A stretch of DNA of 64,000 nucleotides, from NCBI GenBank assembly GCA_963783675.1, contig CAWAOU010000016.1, forward strand, positions 98,478 to 162,477, given 5' to 3'. A program made the translations under genes and the position numbers. The first letter of the stretch is position 1. Each line of letters begins with the position of its first letter. This DNA comes from an uncultured Gammaproteobacteria bacterium (lineage in GTDB: Bacteria; Pseudomonadota; Gammaproteobacteria; Competibacterales; JAHEDQ01). This document shows, in pieces, positions 1-8,876 of the stretch. Under the pieces are notes generated by a model that worked only from the letters and a program-made list of their open reading frames with translations, had not been told where the DNA came from and made no database searches.

Positions 1-1091
1 AGCATGGTGTCGCTGAAGGTCTTCGCGGCAAACCGGGTCGCAGAACCTTCCACCGCCTCGCCAACACGTGGCATCCGACCCCTTTCGGGGCACAACGCGG
101 CCAGAAACGCTCGGGTGGCCGTCAGGAAACGGGCAAGTTCTCCAACCCAGGGCTCCCGGAACCGCCGCCCGACACAATAGGCAAGCGCCAGGATTTCCAA
201 TAAGCGCGCCTGCACGTCCGTGCTGCGCTCGGGCCAAAGCCCGTCTCGGCCAACGCGCACCGAGATCAGCTCGCTCAGGCTTTTGTTGGCCAGGTCACGC
301 CAGGTTCGACCCTCAGAGCCAAGGTCAAACACGCTGGTGCACACATACAGGGCAACCAGGCGTGTCACCCGTTCGTGATCTGGCACGCCACCCGCCCCCA
401 GGGACTCGCTGAGGTGGCTCACGTGGTGATACAACGCCCGCTCCAGACCGGGCACCGTACCGAGCAGCCCCTGCTCGCCATCACGCAGAACGACAATGCC
501 GTGGGCCAGGGTCCAGCTCAGGAGTCGGATCGCCACCTCGGTGGCGTTGGCCCAGTGCACCCCCATCCCTCTTGGACACTGCTCTATCCAGCCCTGAATC
601 TGGAAGGCAATGGACTCCCGGTAGGCGTTGTTGCCGGCCACGGCGTAGCCCACCGCCAGAGGAACCAGATGCTGCTGTCGCCCCAGTTCCCAGGTGTAGC
701 GAATGCTGCCGACGGTTTTCGGATTCCATACGTCGATATCGGCGGCCGGCAAATCCGGCGCGACCCGTCCGGTCAGAGGGTCACGGCTCCACTGGACCGG
801 CCAGCCGGCATCGAAAGCGTCCTGGCCGAACAGCCGGACACGGCCGCTGGCGGCCTCGGTCAACACAGTCTCGTTGAGTTCGAAATTCCGGTGCCAGTGC
901 CGAACCCAAGCGGCCAGGGGCGCGAACAGGTCGTGGCCTGGCCGCACAGTGACAGGAAGCAGGGCCGACTCGCCTGACGTGCCGTTGTCGGTGGCGGCCC
1001 GAGCGGAAACCCCGCTCGTCGGTGGCCGCTTGAAGACCGCAATCGGGTCAAAACCGGTACCCACCCTGAGGCGCGTGCCCAAACTCTTCAT
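1..1091 (-). CDS. heparinase II/III-like protein (N-terminal part; the gene continues beyond the window start)
   Basis: Absent from the ORF track because it has no stop inside the window. My reverse translation from the ATG at 1091..1089 reads MKSLGTRLRVGTGFDP...DIDVWNPKTVGSIRYTWELGRQQHLVPLAVGYAVAGNNAYRESIAFQIQGWIEQCPRGMGVHWANATEVAIRLLSWTLAHG and stays open to base 1. I associate this WElgRqqHL ... Y ... WI ... GxxW ... EVAIRxxSW pattern with heparinase II/III N-terminal domains. Confidence 0.6.
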   Translation of the reverse strand, partial: MKSLGTRLRVGTGFDPIAVFKRPPTSGVSARAATDNGTSGESALLPVTVRPGHDLFAPLAAWVRHWHRNFELNETVLTEAASGRVRLFGQDAFDAGWPVQWSRDPLTGRVAPDLPAADIDVWNPKTVGSIRYTWELGRQQHLVPLAVGYAVAGNNAYRESIAFQIQGWIEQCPRGMGVHWANATEVAIRLLSWTLAHGIVVLRDGEQGLLGTVPGLERALYHHVSHLSESLGAGGVPDHERVTRLVALYVCTSVFDLGSEGRTWRDLANKSLSELISVRVGRDGLWPERSTDVQARLLEILALAYCVGRRFREPWVGELARFLTATRAFLAALCPERGRMPRVGEAVEGSATRFAAKTFSDTM

Positions 1092-1128
1092 ACGGCATCC
1101 TCGACTGGCTGACTTTGGACTGTCGGAG

Positions 1129-1214
1129 TCCAACGGCTCGGAGCGAACCGCAGCGGCGAGGGATTCAGTCCGTCACCGTCGCACGGCGCGGGATCCGAGT
1201 TCGAATCCGTTGGA
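1129..1214. other. long imperfect stem-loop (rod-like hairpin) upstream of the heparinase-like start codon
   Basis: The outer stem TCCAACGG (1129-1136) pairs perfectly with CCGTTGGA (1207-1214). The next stem pairs CTCGG with CCGAG. An inner hairpin at about 1150-1182 is capped by ATTCAGT. No ORF covers the region convincingly. Confidence 0.5.
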
Positions 1215-1404
1215 GACACCAAATATTGTTCCTGAACTGCGCATTGATGAAGCGCAATCCGCCGCTGCCGGAGTGAGACGGAGGCGTTGCGGCCGGTACG
1301 AAATATCCGCCGAGCCGGTGCGGGCGCACAACCCGATCAACCCAACGCATATCTACCGCCGCAGCAAACCCAAAGAAAGCGTGAGCCGTGTCCCGAATAG
1401 CCTG

Positions 1405-1482
1405 TATGCAGATTGGGACCGAAATTCACCGCTTCATCGTTGGAAATCCAGGCAATAAAACAACTGATACCCGCGATCCGCC
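1405..1482 (+). repeat. copy A of an ~80-nt intergenic repeat family
   Basis: Hand alignment to 50204-50278 gives about 52 identities over 70 aligned positions. Shared core: TGCAnnTTGGGACyGAAAnnCACnnCTTCATCrTTGnArATnnnGGCAATArAnCAACnnnTACCCGCrA. Lies 20-100 nt past the stop of the 1503..4817 gene. Confidence 0.6.
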
Positions 1483-1502
1483 CAGAGGTGGCCGCAGGAC
1501 CG

Positions 1503-4500
1503 CTAAGGCCGCGGCTGCCCCTCACTGAGATTGCGGTAGTAGGACTCAACCATCAGCCGTTGGTGGCGTCCCGGCTCGGCCCGGCTATCGGCCGACACGG
1601 TGCTGGCGCCGGCGGACACGCCCTCTCGCAAAGCCCGTTCACTGGCTTTGATCTGGGCCAGCAAGGCATCGTGGCGGCGCATCAGCGCTTCGGGATCCGC
1701 CGACGAACCCGCCTCCCTTTGCGCCTGCAGGGCGTTGATCACAGCCTGAATATCCTGGGCAAGATCCGGTGCCGGCGGAAAGGTCTCGAGCAGTTCACCC
1801 AGATCCTCCACCTGGCGCCCCAGTTCAGCATCGATGTCGGCCAGTTCGGCGGTGCCCAGGTCTGCCCCGGTCCCCGCGCTGCGGCCGATGGCGCCCGCGC
1901 GAAGCCGGTTCCGATTGGCCTGCAGACCCCGTATCGCCCCGCGCATGCGCTCGAGGGCGCGGCCCAGGCGGGCCTCCCCGCTTTCGCCGATGGTCTCGCC
2001 CGCCACCGCGAGGCGCTCGCCCAGACGCTGCAATTCGCGCTCGATATCCGCTTCGCCGCGCTGCACCAGTCCCTCTGGATCTTCCATCATGCGGCGCTGG
2101 GCGGCGCCGATGCGCTCTGCCAACGCAGACGTCCGCATTTCCTCGGCGGCTTCACGCAAAGCCTTGGAGGTCGCAGGCTGGTCGGCCTCGGCAGAGGCCG
2201 CGATACGATCCAGATCGGCTTCCAGCGCCCGCATCTGTTCGGACAAGGCGCCTTTCCGCCGGGCCAGCCTGGACACCGCATTTCCATCGGCCGGATCGTT
2301 CCTCAGGGTCGACTCCAATTCCCGCGTGATCGTCTGCTGCTCTGCCGAGGCAGACGCGGCCCGCTGCTGCGCATCACCCACCTCCCGAGACAGTCGGGCC
2401 GGCCGCTCACCTTCCAGGGCGCTGCGCGCCTGATTGATCCGGTCCAGGGCGGTCTCGCTGGCATCGGCCGCCTCGCCCCCCTGGCCTTGACCGGATCGAC
2501 GCATGGCCTGGGCCGCGGATTGCAGCTGTTCCATTGAACGACGCAAGGCTTCGCTGTCGCGCTTTCGGCTCAGCCGCTCGAGCTGTCGTACCAGTTCCTC
2601 CAGCTCTTCGGCCAATGCCTGTTGACTGTCACCCGCCCCAGCCCCTTGCTGCATGCGGCGCCGGGCGCGCTCCACTTCGGTCTGCTGGCGTTGGGCCAGC
2701 TCCCGCAGCTTGCGCATGGTCTCGTCGAGCTGGTTTCGTTCAGCATTCCAGCGCCCACGCTGCACGTCCTCATACGGGTTTCGGAACTTGTCCATCTCCA
2801 GTTGAAACAGATTGGCCAGTTCGTTGGCGGACTCACCACCCCCACCCCCCGCGCTGCCCATCGCCACCTGGACATCGCGGAAAGCGGCATCGGCCCGCTG
2901 AAGGTGGCCCAGTGCGGCGCGTGCCTGGGGCAGGGCCTGCTGCACATCGGCGACCGACAGCAGTGCCTCAACCTCCTTCATGGCCTTGACCGCCTGCGGC
3001 AATGCGTCCGCCACCTCACGGTAACCCGGCCGGAGATTGACCATGCTGCGTGCGCCCAGGCGCCGGGCAATAGCCTCGGCTCGCACCCGAATGCGGGACT
3101 GGGCCGATTCCAGGGTATCCAGCCTGTCATCCGCCAGAGCCGGGGCCAGGGTGGTCTGATCGCGGCTGAGTTTGAACATGGCCACCACCAGAGCGCGCTG
3201 CTGAGCGGTGAGGGCTTGCTGCCCCTGACCACCCCCGCCCCCGCCCGCGCCGCCGGCGCCACCGGCTGAGCGGAAATGTTGTTCAAAGGGGCGAACATCC
3301 ATAAAGAATATGTCGGTGACCGCCTGGCGATCGCCATCGCCCCGCGTGTCGCGGGCTCGGGCGTAGTAAGCAATCAGATCGCCCGGCACCAGAGGCCGCT
3401 GCTCCAGATACATGAGATGGGTACCGCTGACCTGCTCCTGTCCCAACTCCCCGGTGGCGAGCGGCATCACCTCCTCGGGCCCGCCGTTCACCGACAGCAC
3501 CAGCTCCAGAGCCTGCACCGCGACATCGTCTTCGGCGCTGACCCGGATCTCCATTTCCTCAACCCGGGTCACCCGAGTGTCGCGTCCTGGACTGGAAAGA
3601 CGGATGACGGGCAAAGCGTCGGCATGGGCCACGATCAAATACTCTGGTGTGGCCGGGACCATGCCCAGGGTGCCGGCTGGCAATTCCACCCGATAGTGAC
3701 CGCTTTGGCGAATGTCCAGGCTGCCCCGAAGACGGTCTCCCACCCACGTCAAAGGTACTTCCGTCTCTCCGTCCAACAACAGGCGCCCGCCGGAAACCGG
3801 GTGATCCGGGATCACCTCGACGTCCACCCGACTGCCTTCCACCGTCCGTATATCGGTGCCGTTCTCTACCCGCTCCGGCGGTCGCCCGGTTCCGCTGGGA
3901 TATTGATACAGAAAGTCGATGCGGCTGACCTGGGGACGTGGAATCACGTCGATGCGATGCACCGGCGATCGAAGCTCGGCAGCTTCCACGTAGTATTCCT
4001 GGGCCGTGTCCAGGTCAAACAAAAAGAGTTCGTACGCCCCGTCGGCGGAGGTGGCGCCCATGGGTGTGCGTACCCACTCGGACTCGCCGGTGCCGCGGCT
4101 GGCCAGAACCACCAACTCCGGGGCGAAACCCGCCACCGTCGCCTCGACAAGCTGGTCCGCGCCCTGCAAAACCACCGCATCCCCAGGCGCCACGGCGACC
4201 GAGTACGGGTTTGCGGAGACCGATTCGCTGGCGGGCACGAGCAGCAAACGGATGCCGTGACGCAGTTTGTCGGGCCCCACAGCCACCAGCAGGCCCGCGA
4301 TAACGGCAATCAGAATAAGCATCAATGCCGCCCGCCGTTGGGCGGTCTGTTCCAGATCGGCAACGCCATGGGCACCGGTACCGGTTTCAACCGCGTTGCT
4401 CAGCAGGCGCTGGGCCAAAGCGGGCGATATGTCTCCCGGTTCAGAGGACGCTGGATACGGCGTGCCGGAAAACTGCGCCGCGCTGAGGAGCAGGGCGTCG

Positions 4501-4817
4501 AGTCCCGGAATCCGCCGCTCCACATAGCGAGCAAGCCTGGCATCCGGCATCCGTGCGAACAGCCGGAAAGGCAGGATCACGATCAGCAGCGCCGCCACCA
4601 AAGCGTAAACCGCCCAGCGGACTCGCGACACGATCATGGGATCGAAACGGGCGGCGTCCATGATCAGCACACCGCAGAGTGCCACCAGAAGACAAAGACC
4701 CAAGGCTATGGCGGCGCCTTCCGTGACCCGACGTATCCGAAGGCGACGACGTACACCGGACATGAGGTCAGCGAATGCGCTTTGGCTGCGGGTCCACTGG
4801 ATGACCGGATCGTTCAT
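1503..4817 (-). CDS. large membrane protein, DUF4175-like; terminal gene of the MoxR operon
   Basis: 1104-aa ORF. It has N-terminal hydrophobic helices (AAIALGLCLLVALCGVLIM; AVYALVAALLIVILPF), Gly-rich linkers (GGAGGAGGGGGGQGQQ; SAGGGGGES) and a long Q/E/R/A-rich, coiled-coil-like C-terminal half. Its start overlaps the upstream stop (ATGA at 4814-4817). Confidence 0.75.
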   Translation of the reverse strand: MNDPVIQWTRSQSAFADLMSGVRRRLRIRRVTEGAAIALGLCLLVALCGVLIMDAARFDPMIVSRVRWAVYALVAALLIVILPFRLFARMPDARLARYVERRIPGLDALLLSAAQFSGTPYPASSEPGDISPALAQRLLSNAVETGTGAHGVADLEQTAQRRAALMLILIAVIAGLLVAVGPDKLRHGIRLLLVPASESVSANPYSVAVAPGDAVVLQGADQLVEATVAGFAPELVVLASRGTGESEWVRTPMGATSADGAYELFLFDLDTAQEYYVEAAELRSPVHRIDVIPRPQVSRIDFLYQYPSGTGRPPERVENGTDIRTVEGSRVDVEVIPDHPVSGGRLLLDGETEVPLTWVGDRLRGSLDIRQSGHYRVELPAGTLGMVPATPEYLIVAHADALPVIRLSSPGRDTRVTRVEEMEIRVSAEDDVAVQALELVLSVNGGPEEVMPLATGELGQEQVSGTHLMYLEQRPLVPGDLIAYYARARDTRGDGDRQAVTDIFFMDVRPFEQHFRSAGGAGGAGGGGGGQGQQALTAQQRALVVAMFKLSRDQTTLAPALADDRLDTLESAQSRIRVRAEAIARRLGARSMVNLRPGYREVADALPQAVKAMKEVEALLSVADVQQALPQARAALGHLQRADAAFRDVQVAMGSAGGGGGESANELANLFQLEMDKFRNPYEDVQRGRWNAERNQLDETMRKLRELAQRQQTEVERARRRMQQGAGAGDSQQALAEELEELVRQLERLSRKRDSEALRRSMEQLQSAAQAMRRSGQGQGGEAADASETALDRINQARSALEGERPARLSREVGDAQQRAASASAEQQTITRELESTLRNDPADGNAVSRLARRKGALSEQMRALEADLDRIAASAEADQPATSKALREAAEEMRTSALAERIGAAQRRMMEDPEGLVQRGEADIERELQRLGERLAVAGETIGESGEARLGRALERMRGAIRGLQANRNRLRAGAIGRSAGTGADLGTAELADIDAELGRQVEDLGELLETFPPAPDLAQDIQAVINALQAQREAGSSADPEALMRRHDALLAQIKASERALREGVSAGASTVSADSRAEPGRHQRLMVESYYRNLSEGQPRP

Positions 4818-6916
4818 GGTGCCGCCCCCGTTCGATTCGCGGCGGACGCCGGTTCCGGCAAACGTCCCCGCCCCACCGACAGTCGGTTTGAAATGCCACT
4901 CTCCAGCAGCAGCAGTGCCAGCGCCACCGCCAGCAAGTAGAGCCCAACAGGCGATTCCGCGTCGGGTTCGGGCCCGGTAGCCTGCGCGGATGCGGTGATG
5001 GACCGCCGCGCCACCCGCCGCACCAGATCGGCGGCATCCAGTGGCTCGAACATCGATTCGGATCGGTCCGCGTTGACCGCGATACGCAAGGCCGGAGCGA
5101 CCCCGTCGGCCCGGTGGGCTTCGTAAATTCCGGCCTCGGCGATCGGTAACAGTGCCTGCCCGGCACGCAGCCGACGTGCGCCCCCCTCTGGCATCTCAAC
5201 AACCACCTGACCCTGTTCAGCGAGGTAACTCAGCCAGTCGGCGGCCCCGGGTGTGATAACGGCGTGGGCGCGAAGATCCGCCACCGAACCGGACCGATAA
5301 GCCCCAGGCACTTGGGTCCAGTTTGCCAACCATCGCACTGCGGCCTGCAGCAAAGGGGGAAAGCCCGGTTCCAAGGGCAAGCTGTTCCAACCGGTATCCA
5401 GCGCGCTGGTCAACACCATGGCGCGTCCCGCGCCGTGTTCCCGGCCTGCCAACAGAGGCGCACCGTCCTCGAGACGTAACGGGACCTGATCGGGCGTGGT
5501 CGCCTGCAAGGACCGGTAGGCCCAGACCCGCACCCCGTCCAGGGCGGCGCCCATGTCCCCGGCAAAGGCAGACGCGATGGCCCCGCCAGCTTCGTCCGCG
5601 AGCACACCCAGGCCTTCCGCGTCGGCCGAGCGCCGAGGTCCGAGCTGCCCAGGCAGGTAATCCGGCCAGGCCGAGCCGGCATCCCGCGCCGCCACCACCA
5701 GCAGGCCGCCGCCACCGGTAACGAAAGCGGACAATGCTTCGGCCGCGGGCCCGGTCGGCAGCGAAACAGCATTCCAGATGATCACCTGGGTATCAGACAA
5801 TGCAGCCGGATTGAGCGCACCGGGACTGAGCCGCCGCAGGCTCACCTCCGGCGACCGGGCCAAGCGCAAGGCCTCCGATATATACAGTCCACCCGCCGTG
5901 ACCGGCTCAGCCGCTTCGATCAACGCGACTCGCAGGGCGCGCCTGGACGGTAGAATCAGATTGTGGGTGTTGTCCGCGGCCACCGCGTCGGCCCCAAGTC
6001 TCAACCGCACATCAAGCGGCTGATCCCGAGCGACGGAAAGGGGCAGAACCACGGTTTGCGACCCGCCAACCGCCAGTTCGAGGGTGCGGCTTTCAACCCG
6101 GCGGCCATCCAACTCCAGACTCAGCTCACCGGCTTGAAGCGCGGCGTCACCGGTGTTGCGAACCACCACCTCCAGATCCGTGCCAAGGTCGCTGGGAAGA
6201 CTCGCCGAATTCACCAATCGGGCCGACATGATGGCCGCGTTGGCACCCACTGGACCGGTTACCGGGACGACCTCGAGCGTCACCTCCGGGTCCAGGGACA
6301 GCGCACCAAGATCGCTGGCGCCGCTGGTCTGCAGATCGGAGATCAGTACGAGCGTTCCGGTGCGGGCGGACCCCTCGTTCAGGGCACGCCCGGCTTCCGC
6401 CAACCCGGCGCCAAAACGGGTGCCGTTGGAACCGGGCTGCACCGTGTCCAGGGCGCTGCGCAGGGCCACGGCATCCCCGGTCAGCGCCTGCACCACTTCC
6501 GCCCGATCATCGAACGCCACCAACGCGGCCCGCTGTCCTGGCTCCAAACTGTCTACCCGATCCAGTACCGCCTGCCGGGCCGCGTTCCAATGCCCGTCCG
6601 CGGACATGCTATAGGATCGATCCAGTACCAGCACCAGGTCCGACTCGCTGCTTGCAGCCGGCGCGGCCGCACGTTCCAGATAGGGTGCTGCAAACCCCAG
6701 TACCAGCAGAGCCAGGGCCAGGCAGCGCAACAGCAGCAGCCAGGGATCGCGCAAGGTCCGATGCCGCCGGGCCTGAAACGGTATCTGGCGAAGAAACATG
6801 AGAGACGGGAAACGCCGCCCGTCACGTTCCTGCCGCTGTGCCAGATGCACCATCACCGGCACCGCCAGTGCGGACAAACCCAGCAGCAGGAGCGGATTGA
6901 ACAAACCCCAACCCAT
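4814..6916 (-). CDS. BatA-like membrane protein (aerotolerance-regulator N-terminal TM module + VWA domain)
   Basis: 700-aa ORF. The N-terminus MGWGLFNPLLLLGLSALAVPVMVHLAQRQ...FPSLMFL is typical of BatA_N. The VWA-type motifs DLVLVLDRSYSM and GTLVLISDLQTSG are present. Its start overlaps the DUF58 stop by 1 nt (TGATG). Confidence 0.85.
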   Translation of the reverse strand: MGWGLFNPLLLLGLSALAVPVMVHLAQRQERDGRRFPSLMFLRQIPFQARRHRTLRDPWLLLLRCLALALLVLGFAAPYLERAAAPAASSESDLVLVLDRSYSMSADGHWNAARQAVLDRVDSLEPGQRAALVAFDDRAEVVQALTGDAVALRSALDTVQPGSNGTRFGAGLAEAGRALNEGSARTGTLVLISDLQTSGASDLGALSLDPEVTLEVVPVTGPVGANAAIMSARLVNSASLPSDLGTDLEVVVRNTGDAALQAGELSLELDGRRVESRTLELAVGGSQTVVLPLSVARDQPLDVRLRLGADAVAADNTHNLILPSRRALRVALIEAAEPVTAGGLYISEALRLARSPEVSLRRLSPGALNPAALSDTQVIIWNAVSLPTGPAAEALSAFVTGGGGLLVVAARDAGSAWPDYLPGQLGPRRSADAEGLGVLADEAGGAIASAFAGDMGAALDGVRVWAYRSLQATTPDQVPLRLEDGAPLLAGREHGAGRAMVLTSALDTGWNSLPLEPGFPPLLQAAVRWLANWTQVPGAYRSGSVADLRAHAVITPGAADWLSYLAEQGQVVVEMPEGGARRLRAGQALLPIAEAGIYEAHRADGVAPALRIAVNADRSESMFEPLDAADLVRRVARRSITASAQATGPEPDAESPVGLYLLAVALALLLLESGISNRLSVGRGRLPEPASAANRTGAAP

Positions 6917-7839
6917 CAGCGCGTTCGCACCAGGCGCGCCCGCTGGGACAGGTACTGGAACAACATACTGTCCAACGGCTGGTCGGTGTACAGGCAGGCG
7001 AAATCGATGTGTCGTTCGCCGCAGGCGCGGCTCAACGCCTGCACATGTTCCGCCAGCGCACTGCGATACTCGTTGCCCACCACGGCCGTGGCCACCGGCA
7101 GACGCTGCCCGGTTTCCATATCCTCCAACACCAGTTCACCCGGGAGATTCAGATCACGCTCCACCGGGTCCAACACCTGCAGGGCGAGCAGATCGTGTCC
7201 CCGAGCCCGGAGCCGATCCAATGCTTTGATCACGTCATTCGGTGGTGCGTAAAAATCCGACACCACGACAACGATGCCACGGCGGCCGAGGCGTTCGCCA
7301 AGGTCGTCCAGGGCAGCGATCAATTCACCCGGGCCTTCCGCCCGGGCCCGGGCGAGATGCCGCAGCAGGCTATCCCGGCGTCGGGCCGAGGGCGGGACCC
7401 AATCGCGCAGGGCGTTGTCGATCACGACAAGACCGACGCGGTCGCGCTGGCGGGCGGCCAAATGCGCCAGGCTGGCCAAAATGTAACGGGCATAGTCAAA
7501 CTTGGACACCGTCCCACTGGCATAGTCCATAGACGCGGATGCATCCAAGACCAGGGTCACATCCGCATTGGTTTCCGTCTCGAAAGTCTTGATATAGAGG
7601 CGGTCGGTGCGGGCAAACAAACGCCAGTCCATGTGACGCACGTCATCGCCACGGGTATAGGGGCGATGTTCGGCAAAATCGGTGGCGGCGCCCATTTTTT
7701 TGGCCCGATGCAAGCCGCTGATGAACCCGTCCACCACGGTCTTGGCCACCAGGTCCAGATTGCCAATGCGGGCCAGCATGGCGGGATCGATGAACCGCTC
7801 GGCGGCGGTTCGACCGGCATTCGCCGTCGCGGCGTTCAA
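6916..7839 (-). CDS. DUF58 domain protein (MoxR-associated, VWA-like)
   Basis: 307-aa ORF containing FAEHRPYTRGDDVRHMDWRLFARTDRLYIKTFETE and VTLVLDASASM, the hallmark DUF58 strings. It has a 4-nt overlap with the moxR-like gene. Confidence 0.85.
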   Translation of the reverse strand: MNAATANAGRTAAERFIDPAMLARIGNLDLVAKTVVDGFISGLHRAKKMGAATDFAEHRPYTRGDDVRHMDWRLFARTDRLYIKTFETETNADVTLVLDASASMDYASGTVSKFDYARYILASLAHLAARQRDRVGLVVIDNALRDWVPPSARRRDSLLRHLARARAEGPGELIAALDDLGERLGRRGIVVVVSDFYAPPNDVIKALDRLRARGHDLLALQVLDPVERDLNLPGELVLEDMETGQRLPVATAVVGNEYRSALAEHVQALSRACGERHIDFACLYTDQPLDSMLFQYLSQRARLVRTR

Positions 7840-8876
7840 CGATCCGCGGTGGGCACGGGCACCGCCTCCAACAGCTGGTCGATGATGTCATCGACGCTCA
7901 CCCGTTCTGACTCCGCATGAAAATTGCGCAACAGACGGTGACGGAGCACCGGGCGAACCAGGGCGCGAACATCCTCAAACCCCACATGGGCGCGGCCGCG
8001 TAGCAATGCCCGCGCCTTGCCCCCCAGTACCAGAAACTGGGCGGCGCGCACGCTGGCCCCATAGGACAGCCAGCGATTGGCAAAGTCGGTGGCCTGTTCG
8101 GTGCCGGGTCGGGTGGCGCGCACCAGCGCCAGGGCATGACGGCTGACCTCGTCAGCGATCGGCACACGACGAACCAGCCGCTGATACGCCAGCAGGGCCG
8201 AGGCGGTGATGGCCGGCGTCAGGGTGGGCTTGGCGTTGCTGGTGGTGGCCTGAACCACTGCGAGTTCATCGTCTTCAGGCAGGTAGTCCAGAAGGATCTC
8301 GAAGGTGAAACGGTCGAGCTGGGCCTCGGGCAACGGATAAGTCCCTTCCAACTCGATGGGGTTCTGGGTGGCAAACACAAAAAACGGGCTGGGCAACGGG
8401 TAGGTCTTGCCCTGAACCGTGACCCGCCGTTCCTGCATGGCCTCCAGCAGCGCGGCCTGGGTCTTCGGCGGTGTGCGGTTGATCTCATCTGCCAAGACCA
8501 TGTTGGCAAACACCGGCCCGTTGACGAACACAAGCTCGCGCCGTCCGGTATCGGGATCCTGCTGAACCAGGTCGGTGCCGGTGATGTCCGAGGGCATCAG
8601 GTCCGGGGTGAACTGGATGCGGGAAAAATCCAGATCCAAAGCCTCGGCGACGGTCTGTACCAGCAGCGTCTTGGCCAGACCCGGCACCCCAACCAGCAGG
8701 CTGTTGCCCCCCACCAGCAGGGTCGTCATCACCAGATCCACCACCTCGTCCTGGCCGACGATGCGCTTGCCGATTTCCGCCAGTATCCGTCGATGATCCT
8801 GCTGCAGCGCCTCGGCCTGCCCGGCATCATCGCTGGGTATCGCTTCGGGGCGATTCGGCTGGGGTTCAGAACTCAC
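7836..8876 (-). CDS. MoxR-family AAA+ ATPase
   Basis: 346-aa ORF with Walker A GVPGLAKT and Walker B VLADEINRTPPKTQAALLEAMQE. Length and C-terminal lid region are typical of MoxR/RavA-like ATPases. Confidence 0.95.
   Translation of the reverse strand: MSSEPQPNRPEAIPSDDAGQAEALQQDHRRILAEIGKRIVGQDEVVDLVMTTLLVGGNSLLVGVPGLAKTLLVQTVAEALDLDFSRIQFTPDLMPSDITGTDLVQQDPDTGRRELVFVNGPVFANMVLADEINRTPPKTQAALLEAMQERRVTVQGKTYPLPSPFFVFATQNPIELEGTYPLPEAQLDRFTFEILLDYLPEDDELAVVQATTSNAKPTLTPAITASALLAYQRLVRRVPIADEVSRHALALVRATRPGTEQATDFANRWLSYGASVRAAQFLVLGGKARALLRGRAHVGFEDVRALVRPVLRHRLLRNFHAESERVSVDDIIDQLLEAVPVPTADR

Noticed and set aside
1117-1221. A tRNA-like or tmRNA-like signal: GAGTTCGAATCC followed by ...GGAGACACCA, plus a 7-nt loop ATTCAGT that would present a UCA (Sec/opal) anticodon.
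   Set aside because: The bases flanking TTCGAAT (CCGAG / CCGTT) cannot form a T-stem. An acceptor stem ending at the CCA pairs at only 6 of 8 positions. The 'anticodon' stem extends to about 13 bp. The region folds as one long rod-like hairpin rather than a cloverleaf. It might be a decayed tRNA 3' fragment or att scar, but I cannot support a tRNA or tmRNA gene. tRNAscan-SE or ARAGORN would settle it.
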